DNA from: Mobula hypostoma
Taxonomy: Eukaryota
Length of the DNA stretch: 64,000 nucleotides
Assembly: GCF_963921235.1 (NCBI RefSeq)
Contig: NC_086108.1
Coordinates: forward strand, 71,364,001 to 71,428,000
Direction of reading: 5' to 3'
Both the position numbers and the translations under genes were made by a program. The notes beneath the pieces were generated by a model, which saw only the letters and a program-made list of their open reading frames with translations, did not search any database and was not told the origin of the DNA. Shown here one piece after another: positions 45,385-59,429 of the stretch. How positions within the stretch are numbered: position 1 is the first letter of the stretch; every line of letters begins with the position of its first letter.

Positions 45385-48300
45385 CCATAAGAACATAAGA
45401 CGTAGGAGCAGAATTAGGCCATTTGGCCCATCGAGACTGCTCCATTATTTCATCATGGCTGATCCAAATTTCCTCTTAGCCCCAATCTCCTGACTGCTCC
45501 TCGTACCCCTTTATACCTCAAGAATCAATTAACCTCTGCCTTAAATATACATAAAGATTTGGCCTCCACAGCTGCTTGTGGCAAAGAATTGGTGCAGACA
45601 GCCCAGTGCAATTATAGTTGTGAAGTTCCCATGATTCAGGACATTTAAAAGGACAGGTGTGTAAAAAGGGCCCGTACGATCATTGGGGACCCAAGACATC
45701 CCAACCACAATCTATTCCAACTGCTACCATCCGGGAAATGGTACTGCAGCATAAAAGCCAGGACTAACAGGCTCCGGGACAGCTTCTTCCAACAGGCCAT
45801 CAGACTGATGAACTCACTCTGACATGAGGGTACTCTATATTACATCGACTGTTCTATTTATTATAAATTACTATGATTGCACATTGCACATTTAGATGGA
45901 GACATAACATAAAGATTTTTACTCCTCATGTATGTAAAGAATGTAAGAAATAAAGTCAATTCAATTCAGTTTAATTCTCTGGATAAAGAAATACCTCCGT
46001 TCTAAAAGGACCCCACTTTTTTCTAGGGCTGTGTCCTCTGGTCTTAGACTTTCCCACCATAGGAAACATCCTCTCCACATCCAGTCTGTCAGGGCGTTTC
46101 ACCATTCAATAGGTTTCACTGAGGTCACCCCTCATTCTTCTGAATTCTAGTGAATACAGGCCCAGAGCCATCAAACACTCTTCATATGACAAGCCATTTA
46201 ATCCCGGAATCATTTTTGTGAATCACCTTTGAATCCTCTCTAGTTTCAGCATGTCCTTTCTAAGGGGCCCAAAATGGCTCACAATACTCCAAGTGAGTGC
46301 TTTGTCAAGTCTCATCCTTGCTTTTATATTCTAGTCCTCTTGAAATGAATGCAAACATTGCATTTGCCTTCCTTACCACAGTCACAACCTGCAAATTAAC
46401 CTTTAGGGAATCCAGCACAAGGACTCCCAAGTCCCTTTGCACCTCAGTTTTTTTATGTTCTCTCTCCATTTAGAAAATAGTCAACCTTTCCATCTCTTCT
46501 ACCAAAGTGCATGGCCATACACTTCCCAACACTGTATTCTATCTGCTATTTCTTTGCCCATTCTCCTAATCTGTCCTTCTGTAGCCTCTCCACTTCCTTA
46601 AAACTCCCTGCCCCTCTTCAGTTCATCTGCAAATCTTTGCAACAAAGCCATTAATTCCATCATCCAAATCATTGACATACAAAGTAAAAATACTTGGTCC
46701 CAACGCAGACCCCTGTAGAATACCAGTAGTCACCAGCAGCTAACCAGAATAGGCTCCCTTTATTCCCACTCTTTGCATCCTGCCAAACAACCACTGCTTT
46801 ATTCATGCTAGAATCTTTCCTGTATTTCCTGTAGCTTGTTAACATAGAAACATAGAAAATAGGTGCAGGAGTAGGCCATTCGGCCCTTCGAGCCTGCACC
46901 GCCATTTATTATGATCATGGCTGATCATCCAACTCAGAACCCCGCCCCAGCCTTCCCTCCATACCCCCTGACCCCCGTAGCCACAAGGGCCATATCTAAC
47001 TCCCTCTTAAATATAGCCAATGAACTGGCCTCAACAGTTTCCTGTGGCAGAGAATTCCACAGATTCACCACTCTCTGTGTGAAGAAGTTTTTCCTAATCT
47101 CGGTCCTAAAAGGCTTCCCCTCTATCCTCAAACTGTGACCCCTCGTTCTGGACTTCCCCAACATCGGGAACAATCTTCCTGCATCTAGCCTGTCCAATCC
47201 CTTTAGGATCTTATACGTTTCAATCAGATCCCCCCTCAATCTTCTAAATTCCAACGAGTACAAGCCCAGTTCATCCAGTCTTTCTTCATATGAAAGTCCT
47301 GCCATCCCAGGAATCAATCTGGTGAACCTTCTTTGTACTCCCTCTATGGCAAGGATGTCTTTCCTCAGATTAGGGGACCAAAACTGCACACAATACTCCA
47401 GGTGTGGTCTCACCAAGGCCTTGTACAACTGCAGTAGTACCTCCCTGCTCCTGTACTCGAATCCTCTCGCTATAAATGCCAGCATACCATTCGCCTTTTT
47501 CACCGCCTGCTGTACCTGCATGCCCACTTTCAATGACTGGTGTATAATGACACCCAGGTCTCGTTGCACCTCCCCTTTTCCTAATCGGCCACCATTCAGA
47601 TAATAATCTGTTTTCCTATTTTTGCCACCAAAGTGGATAACTTCACATTTATCCACATTAAATTGCATCTGCCATGAGTTTGCCCACTCACCCAACCTAT
47701 CCAAGTCACCCTGCATCCTCTTAGCATCCTTCTCACAGCTAACACTGCCACCCAGCTTCGTGTCATCCGCAAACTTGGAGATGCTGCATTTAATTCCCTC
47801 ATCCAAGTCATTAATATATATTGTAAACAACTGGGGTCCCAGCACTGAGCCTTGCGGTACCCCACTAGTCACTGCCTGCCATTCTGAAAAGGTCCCGTTT
47901 ATTCCCACTCTTTGCTTCCTGTCTGCTAACCAATTCTCCACCCACACCAATACCTTACCCCCAATACCGTGTGCTTTAAGTTTGCACACTAATCTCCTGT
48001 GTGGGACCTTGTCAAAAGCCTTTTGAAAATCCAAATATACCACATCCACTGGTTCTCCCCTATCCACTCTAAGCAGCCTCACGTGTGGCATCCTGTCAAA
48101 GGCCTTCTGAAAATTTAAGTACACAACATCAACCGATTCTCCTTTGTCTATCCTGCTTGTTACTTCAAAGAATTCCAAAAGATTTGTCAGGCAAGATTTT
48201 CCCTTGAGGAAACAATGATGGCTACGACCTGTTCTGCAATTGCCTTTAAGTATCCTGATTCCTCATCCTTGGTTCAATATCTTCTCAACCAGTGAGGTCA

Positions 48301-50224
48301 GACTAACTTACCTAGTTTCCTTTCTTTTGCCTCTCTCCCTTCTTGAAGAGTGGAGTGACATTTGCAATCTTCCAGTCATCTGGAACCATGCCAGAATCAA
48401 ATGATTCTTGGGAGATCATTAGTAATGCCTTCATGATCTCTTCAGCCACCTCTTTCAGAACTCCGGAGTGTACACCATCTTGTCCAGGTGACTTATCTAC
48501 CTTCCGACCTTTCAGTTTCCAAGAACCTTCTCTCTAGTTATGGTAACTTCATACACTTTATGACCCCTGACACCTGGAACTTCCACCATACAGCTAGTGT
48601 CTTCCACAGTGAAGACTGATACAAAATACTTTTTCAGTTCATCTGTCATTTTGCTGTCCCCCATTACTACCTCTCCAGCATCGTTTTCCAGCAGTCCAAT
48701 CTCCACTCTCACCTCTCTTTTACACTTTATGTATCAGAAAAAACTTTTGGTAACCTCTTTAATATTATTGGCTAGCTTATTTTCATATTCCAGCTTTACC
48801 TTCTTAATGACCTTTTTTAAGTTGCCTTCTGTTGGTTTTTGAAAGCTTCCCAATCCTCTAATTTCCCACTATTTTTTACTCTATTGTATGCCCTCTCTTT
48901 GGCTTTTATGCTGGCTTTGACCTCTTTTTGGCCACAGTTGTGTCATCTTTCCTTTAGAATACTTCTTCCTCTTTGGGATGTATCTATCCCATGCCTTCCA
49001 AATTGCTTCCAGAAATTCCAGCCATTGCTGCTTTGCCATTATCCCTGCCGGTGTTAGAATATTATAAAGCATTTGACAAGAACAGGCCATGCAGCCCAAC
49101 AAAGCTTGCCAAATTCCTATTTACATCGTGTGCTGAAATAACTGTTGTGTTTAGATTTGAAAGTCTGTAAGGTACTACTCTCAGCTACACAACTAGGTAG
49201 TTTGTTCCATGTGTCCACAACTTGATGTGTAAAGAAATGCTTCCTGATGTTAGTCTGAAATCTCTCCTTAACTGGTCTCCACCTATGGCCCCTGTCCTCA
49301 TTGATAGATTGATTTCGATGTAGCAGCTGGCATCCACCTTACTTACACCCTTAATGATTTTGAGCACTTCTATCAAGTCTCCTCTCATCTATGTCTACTT
49401 AGGCTAAAAAGTTTTAATTCTTTCAATTTTTCTTCGTAGCTCATACCCCACAGACCTGCAATGAGTATCATCGCCCTTCCCTGAACTCTCTCCAGTGCCT
49501 TCGCATCCCTCACAAAATATGGAGATGGAAATTGTATACAGTACTCAAGGTGTAGACTCACAAGTGCATTATACAGCTTAAGGAGAACATCTCTAGACTT
49601 GAAATCCACTAAGTGCATTATACAGCCCAACATTCTATTAGCCCTCCTAATCATTTCTGTGCAATGTCTAGATATCGATAGTGCTGGGTCTCAAGGATCC
49701 CGTTGTATATTGTGTGTTCTTTTCCAATCAATTCTGGCCAACTCCTTTCTCCTATCTCTGTAATTCCCTTTACTCCATTGTAATACTGATACATCTTGCC
49801 CCCGAGGGTTATTTTACCTATGGTCTCCAATCAATTTCGGTTCATTACACAACACCCAATCCAGAATAGCTGATCACCTGCTGGGCTCAACCAGGAGCTG
49901 ATCTCCTGTTGTAATTTGTAGACTAAACTTTTACTGCTGTTTGGGGGTCTATATACAATTCCCATCAGGACCTTTTTACCCTTGCAATTCCTTAGCTCTA
50001 TCCACAAAGATTCAACAGCTTTTGACCCTATGTCGCCTCTTTCTAATGATTTAATTTCATTTTTTACCAGGAGATAGAAAATGCATACCTAAAGGGCAAT
50101 GTTACAATATCATGGGGGGATTTCAATATGCAGGTAGATTGGGGAAAATCAAGTTGGTGCTGGATTCCAAGAAGGGGAATTTCTCGAGTGCCTACGAGAT
50201 GGATTTTTAGATCAGCTCCTGGTT
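45385..50224 (-). mobile_element. Older CR1 LINE (endonuclease to 3' tail) with nested Rex1 (45590-45975) and CR1 (46843-48069, 49055-49700) insertions
   Basis: Minus-strand GIVYRPPNS (APE), KYFVSVFTVED, VDVVYLNFQKAFD; (cataaga)n tail at 45385. Confidence 0.88.
46843..48069 (-). mobile_element. Young 5'-truncated CR1 with an uninterrupted RT and C-terminal ORF2 frame
   Basis: Part of the 414-aa ORF 46934-48178: LDFQKAFDKVPH, SGVPQGSVLGP, KFADDTKLG, LVRPHLEYCVQFWSP; (tttctatg)n tail. Confidence 0.95.
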
Positions 50225-50357
50225 CCTTTCCCCTTATTAGTCATTTTTCTCTTGCTTTATCAATTCTATTTTTGTCACTTAGCTCCTCTCAACTTCACCC
50301 TGTCATTAAATCTGGAATTCCTGACCCTACAGCTTTCCATCTAACCATTTCTGACCC

Positions 50358-53300
50358 TGTTATGTTTTGCAACTTCAGAAACTAATTGAAAGAAAATCGC
50401 AGGAGTCAGGATATTGTTTCTACCTAGATTTTCTTTTAGTCAGGCGATCAAATACGACATGGTGGTGTAATGATGTGTGCTGTTCATGCAATTTTACATA
50501 TAACCCATATTAAATTAAGTAATTAAACAGAGAATGCTTAATATTGTAGATTTACAATATTCCTCAAATATTGCTGAAATAGAAAATACTTGCTCTCTAT
50601 TCATTTTTTATCTATATATACACACACAGTATACTATATAATACAACCATATAGACATCCACAGAATCCACAGCATAGTAAGTTTTAAATTGTCCCATTC
50701 AGCCCTAAAGATTTAATCATTGTGGAGGACTTCTTACTCTTGTGGGATAATGTCTTTCCTGACTGGAGAAGGGGTGTGTATGGTCACTCTGCTTGGCAAG
50801 TGAGGCTTGTGGCTGTGAAACTATCTCAGGTTCTGGGGCCTCCTCCCTGCTGGTTGTAGGAGCTGTCTCTGGGACTGCAGGAAGTGGTTGTGACAGCTCT
50901 GAACACCTTTCTTCTCTAATAATTGACTCTGCTCTCCTCAATTGATTGAAGTTTCGTCTCCAGATCACAACAGACGCAATCTCCACTGACTAGTTCAGTT
51001 CTGTCCGTAATCTTTCCAAGTACCCACTTTTGAACACATCTGTAGCCCCTCGCCAGGACTGCTTGTCTAGGACTGAGACAACAAACCTCCTTGTTTGAGG
51101 AGCTCTCAATCTGTCTCAGCTGTTTGTCGTGTATACTCCTACTGAGACTGTGTTTGAGGAGATCCAAGAATGAGCACAAGAAATGACCCAGGAACAGCAG
51201 AGCTGGTGAGTTGATGGTTGTTGAGTGTTCTGCATTTCAATATGCAAAGGGGAAATTCTGATTCAGTATTAATGTCGTGTATTCAGCTGACATTGTTTCC
51301 AGTGCATTCTTTAGACTCTGGACAAACATTTCCCCAAAGCCACTTGTAGCTGGGTTGAACGGTGCAGATGTAATATGTCTCATTCCATTCATTTTCAGGA
51401 ATAACCGAAACTGTTCTGCAATAAATTGTGGTTCATTGTCACTGACTAAGTGTTCTGGAACACCAGTCCTTGAGAGGAGGTTTCTCAACACATCAACAGT
51501 GTGTGAGACTGTAGTGGAGGCCATTGGGAAAACTTCTGGCTAATTTGTAGCTGCATCCACTATTAGCAAGAAATTTGTGCCCATGAATGGTCCAGCAAAA
51601 TCCACATGAATCCTCTGCCAAGGCAATGCAGGCTGTTCCCAGGGATGGAGAGGTGCTGCTCTTGGTATCTTCTGGATGTGTTGGCATCCCAAACTGCTTG
51701 ATCTGTTGATCTATCCCACACCACCAGACAAAGCTTTGAGCCAACACGTTAATTTTGACCATGTCTAGATGCCCAGCGTGTAGCTCCTCCAACACTTTAG
51801 CTCTCAGCTTGGATGGTACAACAGTTCTCAATCCCCACATAAGGCAACCCCTGTTCAAGGGCAAGTTCAGCCTGGCGCTGGTAAAAATGGGGGAACTGGA
51901 ATTTCTGCTGCACATTCCAGCTATTTTGGGTTGCCACGTAGACATGAGACAAAGTGGGGTCTTTTCTGGTTTTCCTTTGGATCACCTCTACCGCAATAGG
52001 GAGACTTCTGATTTGCATTAGGGAGAATACAAAATATTCAAAAGAAGTGTCCTCTTCTGTAAGTGTTTCATGTATTTCTGCTTCCAGGGTTAAATAGGAC
52101 AATCCATCAGCATTTCCATGACTATTGGTCCTCTTGAAGTTGATCTTGTAACTGTCCTCCAAAAAACAGAGCCTACCTCTGCATTCCTGCTGCTGCTGTT
52201 AGTGGAACACCCTTCTGTGGTTTGAAAATGGATGCCAGTGGTTGATGATCAGTAATGAGGGTAAACTCTCCCCCATACAGGTACTGGTTGAAACATTTTA
52301 CACCCCAAACAGACTCGAGGCCTCTGAGTCACCCTGAGCATAATTTTTTTCTTCAGCAGTAAGGGTCTGTGATACAAAGATTATGGGGTGTTCGTTTCCA
52401 TCACTCTGAACATGACTGTATCCATACCACAAGGCGACACATCACAGCAAGCCATGTTTGAGTACAGTGTCTGATGTTACCTTTTGGAAAGCCATCTCAC
52501 AGATTCAAATCACCACAGATCCTGAAAAACACATCCTTTTTGGCTACTGGGACAACTGGCATTTCCCATAGGCTCTACTTTATCTTGAAAAGAATTCCTT
52601 TAGCCGCCATGCAGTCTAGCTCACTGGTTAATTTCTCATCGATGGTATAAGGAACCAGGCTGTCTTCCTAAAACTTGGGTGTAGCATTTTCATTTAACAA
52701 TATTTTACCCATGACGTGTTTGAGTTTTCTAATGCCATCCTTGAATACATTCATTCCTGACTGCAGCTCTATTGCATCTCTGGCTGCTGTTTCCATTGAT
52801 GCAACTGCTCTCTTAAATCTAAGTTGTGCTTCAGTTAGGAGCTGCTTTTGAATGCTTTCTTATAAGATTCTGCAAACTAAACAATCTCTCAGTCCATCAT
52901 TAAACTCATCGCTCAACAGACAATGTTTGGACAATTTCCTCAATTCAGCCACATAAGCTGAAATGGACTCCTCTTCCTTTTCAAGTCAAGTCACTTTTTA
53001 TTGTCATTTCGACCGTAACTGCTGGTACAGTACACAGTAAAAACGAGACAGTTGTTTTTTCAGGACCATGGTGCTACATGAACAATACAAAAACTACACT
53101 GAACTACGTAAAACAACAGAAAACTACACTAGACTACAGACCTACCCAGGACTGCATAAAGTGCACAAAACAGTGCAGGCATTATAATAAATAATAAACA
53201 AGACAATAGGCACAGTAGAGAGCAGTAGGCTGGTGTCCGTCCAGGCTCTGGGTATTGAGGAGTCTGATGACCTGGGGGAATAAACTGTTACATAGTCTGG

Positions 53301-55122
53301 TCGTGAGAGCCCGAATGCTTCTGTGCCTTTTGCCAGATGACAGGAGGGAGAAGAGTTTGTATGAGGGGTGTGTGGGGTCCTTTGTAATGCTGTTTGCTTT
53401 ACAGATGCAGTATGTGGTGTAAATGTCTCTAATGGCGGGAAGAGAGACCTCGATGATCTCCTCAGCTGACCTCACTATCCGCTGCAGGGTCTTGTGATCC
53501 GAAATGGTGCAATTTCCGAACCAGGCAGTGATGCAGCTGCTCAGGATGCTCTCGAAAAGTCCTCTGTAGAATGTGGTGAGGATGGCAGGTGGGAGATGGA
53601 CTTTTCTCAGCCTTCGCAGAAAGTAGAGATGCTGCTAGGCTTTATTTGCTATGGAGCTGGTGCTGAGGGACCAGGTGAGATTCTCTGCCAGGTGAACACC
53701 AAGAAATTTGGTGCTCTTAGCTATCTCTACAGAGGAGTCGTCGATGTTCAGCGGAGAGTGGTCGCTCTGTGTCCTCCTGAAGTCAACAACCATCTCTTTT
53801 GTTTTGTTCACATTCAGAGATGGTTGTTGGCTCTGCACCAAGTCCGTTAGCCGCTGCACCACCTCTCTGTATGCTGACTCGTCGTTCTTGCTGATGAGAC
53901 CCACCACGGTCGTGTCATCGGTGAACTTGATGATGTGGTTCGAGCTGTGTGTTGCAGCACAGTCGTGGGTCAGCAGAGTGAACAGCAGTGGACAGAGCAC
54001 ACAGCCCTTGGGGGCCCCCGTGCCCAGTGTGATGGTGTTAGAGATGTTGCTTCCAATCCAGACTGACTGAGGTCTCCCGGTCAGGAAGTCTAGGATCCAG
54101 TTGCAGAGGGTGGTGTTCATACCCAGTAGGCTCAGCTTTCCAATCAGTTTCTGAGGAATGATTTTGCTGAATGCTGAACTGAAGTCTATGAACAGTATTC
54201 GAACATACGTGGCTTCTTTGTCCAGGTGGGTTAGGGCCAGGTGGAGAGTGATGGCAATGGCATTGTCTGTTGAACAGTTGGGATGGTACTCGAACTGCAG
54301 GGGGTCCAGTGAGGGGGGCAGCAGGGTCTTGATGTGCCTCATGACGAGCCTCTTGAAACATTTTGTGATGATGGATGTGAGTATGACGGGACTCGCATCC
54401 ATCACATGATTCCACTTATGAAACTGAAAGCGTTCTGCTTCCAACAATGTTCCTGCATTAGGATCACGATATTAGCAAAGCTGGTTTTGCTGAAGCAGTC
54501 AAACTTCTAAGCAAATTGTATGCTTTTCCAGCCACTGCGCTCATCAACACTGGTATTTATTTTGCATTGACTATGTCATTTGGTTCAATTCATTCAGTAT
54601 ACATCATCCAGTTATCTGTTGTGCAATTGAACACATCTGTCTTTAGGGTGTAGCCAGCCATTTCTGCTTTTTAAGAATTTATTGTCACCTAATACATAAT
54701 GTTTATGAATCCATAAGTTTTGTCCATTTCCTCCCTTTTTTAACTTGACTGTCTCACTCTCCTTCTGAAGACATACGTGCTGCTCTTTTTTAAAAAAACT
54801 CGAACATCCATCTCTCTCCTTGCGAAGAAAAAAAACTTGCTGCACTTTAACAGGTCGGTTATCATCTCGGGTTCATTTTAAAACTTCGTTGTTACCATTG
54901 TTATGTTTCGTAACTCCAGAAACTAATTGAAAGAAAAGTACAGTAGCCAGGACAACATGTCTACTTAGCTTTTCTATTAGTGAGGTGCACAATTATGACG
55001 TGGTGGCATAATGATGTGGGCTATTTATGTACTTTTACATATAACCCTTAACAAAGAATGATTAATGAAAGCATAGATATTCAATATTCCTCAAATATTT
55101 TTGAAATATGAAATACACTACA
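50358..55122 (-). mobile_element. Gypsy LTR retrotransposon with both LTRs, internally deleted
   Basis: LTRs about 50358-50590 and 54899-55122; possible TSD gaccc/gcccc; integrase (GVPEHLVSDNEPQF, LEELHAGH, FVWW), RNase H (HGNADGLS); gag split by Rex1. Confidence 0.9.
52981..54405 (-). mobile_element. Rex1-type LINE RT and 3' end inserted in Gypsy gag
   Basis: ORF 53635-54447: [41 protein letters not shown]; (caagt)n tail. Confidence 0.92.
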
Positions 55123-56674
55123 GCCCCCCCCCCACTTCTCCGCATGAGAAAAGTTAATTCTTCGACCAAGTTTTTGGCTGTCTGGACTTCTGTCAAACAT
55201 ACAGTAGTTTTGTAATATTCCTTTATGACAAGCCTTGTGGCTATCCATGTACACAATGTCTTTGTGAGTTTCTGTATCTCTGGGCTTGAGTAGACAAGAT
55301 GTGCTGCAGCATATTATTTAATGTGACACACGATTGAAGTACTTCTATCTTCTGATTACCCAACAGCTGGTTTTTTGGTTTGTAGCTTAACCACACAAAG
55401 GGATAAAGTGTGCAGTTACAAGTCCAACCCACCGAGTTTGGGAGACTCTGGGACTGGCAGGGCTGCCTGCAGTTCACCTCCTCTGGTCGTGATGGGCTAG
55501 CTTTGGGCATGGGCAGCACTTGTGGGGGTGGGGTCTTCAGCTAGTTATTGCTGTTGGGGCCAGGTCAGGTTAAACCATCTGGATGTGACTATAATGCTTG
55601 CCCTCAGTTTCTACCTTTACCCTTTGTTCCGCCAGGGACACATGAGCTTCTATGGAGCATCAGACAGCCCCTCAAACAGTGTGGACAGAAGAAGACATGA
55701 CTGTTCTCTTTGCCAGTCCCAGGTTGAGGCAGCATTGGATGTGCTCCTGGAGGCTGTTGAATTAGCCGGGCATCTTGAAGCACAAGCCGTGCAGGTAAAG
55801 TACACGTGGGAGGATGGGCATTACCAGCTTCTGCTCTTCTCGTGGGCCTGGCACAGGTACTCTGGGAGTTTATTCTTTCTTCTTTTGCCTATTATGCTGC
55901 TGGCATTTAGGGCAGTAATGAAGGTCCTCTATCTCCGGCGTGTTCACGGCTTCCTTCGTCGTGCCAGTAGCTTACTAGGAGATTGTACAAGGAAGTCAGG
56001 ACCTGGAGGCAGAGCTGGCAAAAGTGCATCTGCCTGAGGTCTGTCGAGGACATGATCTTCAGGAGGATCAGTCCCGCAGCTGAAGGCTAACGGTGTAGTA
56101 AATGTAGGTAGATAGTTACAGACTCCAGGGTCATTATGGATAGGTTGTTGCTATGGTTTCTGTGCTCTACTCAATTCAGGGAAGCAATCCCCTCTGGATA
56201 ATTGACAGTGAACTATGTATGAATATTTATTTTCCAAAAGTAAATTTTTGATCAAGGGTGCCATCTTGTGGAAGACACAAATCCTTTTTTGAACAGCTCA
56301 CTGGAGGTCAGCATTGTATTGTTATGAGGTAACGTGCACAGCTTGCAGCACCAATACCTCCAAAACTGCATCAGAAAGATGGCACCAGAAAGGGGCGACT
56401 TGTTGCATGCAGCTCCAATGGGAATAATTAAACATTCCAGTTTAGGATTACTACAGCTGTAATCCACAGTCACGGCCATGGGTACTTCAGTAAGTAACGG
56501 CTCTTCAGACCTGTGTTTTCCCCTCTCTTTTTACACTACTCATTTAATCATTTGAAGTATATATTATAATTTATAAATTTTATTACTATGTATTACAATG
56601 TAGTTGTGATACAAAACAACAAATTTCACGACATACGCTGGTGATATTAAACGGTGCTGCTTCTAATTATCACT

Positions 56675-57350
56675 GATAAGACCATAAGATCATAAAGATA
56701 TAGGAGCAGAATTAGGCCATTCAGTCCATCGAGTCTGCTCCGCTATTCCATCATGGCTGATCCTGGATCCTACTCAACCCCATATACACTGGATCCCATT
56801 TGCCTTCTTTACCACAGACTCAACCTGTAAATGAACCTTCTGGGAGTCTTGCACAAGGATTCCCAAGTTCGTCTGCAGCTCTGAACCTACTCCCCATTTA
56901 GATAATAGTCCACACTATTGTTCCTTTTACCAAAATACATTATCATACATTTCCCAACACAACATTCCATCTGCCACATTTTTGTCCATTCTTCCAATTT
57001 GTCTAAGTCCTGCTGCAATCGCATTGCTTCCTCAGCACTACCTGCCTCTCCACCTATCTTCATTTTATCTGCAAACTTTGCCACAGAGCCATCAATCCCA
57101 TTATCCAAATCATTGACAAACAATGTGAAAAGTAGTGGTCCCAATACTGACCCCTGAAGAACACCACTAAAATCATTAGCAGCCAACCAGAAAAGGCCCC
57201 TTTTATTCCCACTCGCTGCCCCTTGCCTGTCAGCCATCCCTCTATCCATGCCAGCATCTTTCCTGTAACGCCATAGGATTTTATCCTGTTAAGCAGCCTC
57301 ATGTGTGGTACCTTATCAAATGCCTTCTGAAAATCCAAGTAAATGACATC
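56675..57350 (-). mobile_element. CR1 fragment, internally deleted; a further CR1 tail at about 57820-58010
   Basis: DFQKAFDKVPHMRLL, GVLQGSVLGP, AKFADK; (cataaga)n tail. Confidence 0.88.
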
Positions 57351-57419
57351 TTGAAGTCCCCAATAAAACTATCTCTTCACACTAAGTTTCATCAGCGGAG
57401 GATATTGTTTTTATTTTAA

Positions 57420-58660
57420 CCATTTTTTTTAAAATTTAAGGATACAGTGTGGAACGGGACATTCTAGCCTGTGCCAACCAGCAACCCACTGATTTAACCC
57501 CATGACCAATAACCTACTAACTGGTATGTCTTTGGACTGTGGGAGGAAACTGGAGCACCCAGAGAAAACTCACACGCACAGAGGAGGAACGCACAGTATT
57601 TCTTACAGAGAACATTGGAAATGAACTCCAAAGTCCCGAGCTGTAATAGCATCGTGCTTCTGAATTTACAAGTACTCTTATATTTAATCTGATATGTATT
57701 TTAGATAACATAAAATATATGTTGGGAGACCAGGGTGAACAATTGCAGCGATGTTGTAAGAACGGGAAAGAAGAAAGTAAAAACAATGAGCGGTCTCCTC
57801 TTTGTGACACATTGCAGTTTTCAGGAACATAAAAAATAGGAGCAGGAGTAGGCCTCCTGGCCCTTTGAGCTTGTTTCACCATTCAGTAAGATCATGGCTG
57901 ATCTGGCAATGGACTCATCTGTCTTTTCCCCATAACCCTTAGTTGCCCTGCTATGCAAGAATCTATTGAACTGCATCTTAAGTACATTTATTGAGGTAAA
58001 CCCTATGACTTTCCTGGACAGATAATTCAGTGGCCTTAATCAAAGATGTGCAACCATTTTGATGGAAGGTTCTGCATGTCTTTCCCAAGAGGATTTTATT
58101 ACTGGTGTGTTAGAGGCAATCAGAATAAAATGCAAATTAATTCTCCCTTTCAGCATTTGACAATGCTGGTGTAAAACCTTGGTGCAGCAGGAATGATGGA
58201 TAATTTAGTCACCATCCAGTAGCCTTTTGGGAACTTACAGATAGTAATACTCATTTTAAAGCAGTCTATTTTATTAAGTACAGGGTGGAGAGTATATTGC
58301 AATGTTACCGAGCTGACATATTAATGGGTGGAGAGTATATTGCAATGTTACCGAGCTGACATATTAATTGCACAGTAGCAAAGTGGTTAGTGCAACACTT
58401 TTACAACTTGGGGTTTTGGAGTTTGGAGTTTAATTCTGACATCATCTGAAAGGAGTCTGTACATCCTTCTTGTGGAATAAGTGAGTTTGCTCTGAGTGCT
58501 CTGGTTTCCAACCACAGTCCAAAGACATATAGGTTAGCAAGTTAAATGGTCATTGTAGATTGTCCTCCGATTAGGCTAGGGTTAACCCGGGGGATGCTGG
58601 ACAGTGCAGCTCGAAGTGTCGGAAGGGCCTATTCTGTGCTGTATCTCTAAGTAAATGAAT
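57420..58660. mobile_element. Two HE1/V-SINE-like SINEs (57420-57660 -, 58370-58660 +)
   Basis: Core gggtgctccagtttcctcccacagtccaaagacatac in both; tRNA-like head cagtagcaaagtggttag. Confidence 0.7.
58283..58368. repeat. Perfect 43-bp tandem duplication
   Basis: gggtggagagtatattgcaatgttaccgagctgacatattaat occurs twice. Confidence 0.95.
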
Positions 58661-59429
58661 AAACGTGCCAGCAATCAGTTCCAGTAAATAAAGGAGAGAT
58701 TGCTCAAACTAGCAACATAATTGAACACGTTTATCATTTTAATGCCAAAAGCTGACCATTTGACCTTTGCTTTTGAGCTAAACTTCCTGATTGAGATATG
58801 AACTGGCATTAAAATTCCACTTGACCCACGACCCTCATTCATAGAGGGTGGTACCTGAAGTTGTAAAAAGAAAAAAAAATTATTACAAGCTCAAAGGTTG
58901 CCAGCAGTTACCAAGCAATAAATTCCTTGGTGAAAAATTACTCAAGAACAATAATAAAATGTGCACGCCAAACGGCGGAGTCTTAATTTTACAATATGTC
59001 AGCATTCCTCTTTCAACTGGAAATATGCCAACGCTTAAAGAAATCACATGGTTGTACATCAGGTAAATGAAATCAATGTTTAAAGTAGTTGGTATTTTGA
59101 ACAGTTTTACAGGTGTTGATTTGAGACATTGGTGGCTCTGCTTCTTCTGAATCAAATGTCATCAAGTAATGCTCACACATCACACCATAACAGGTATCCT
59201 GTACTGGGTAACTGTTTCAAGCTGAACCTTACTGGTTTGCAACCTCAGCACTCTCCCTCTTCCCTTTGAGATAGAAACTTAAGGCAAGCTGCTGTTGCAA
59301 TTCAGGACCTCCCAAGAGTGCTCAGCTTCTGACCTTATAACCCTGGCCTTCAGCAAGAGCACCTCCTCACTATTAGTCATTTCTGCCCTTGCCTCTGGTC
59401 AGCTCCAGTTGAAACCGCATTGCTTTTTT

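Noticed and set aside
55522..56037. 171-aa ORF
   Set aside because: No recognisable domain; overlaps decayed LINE 3' remnants on the minus strand (RTE-like at about 55890-55970).
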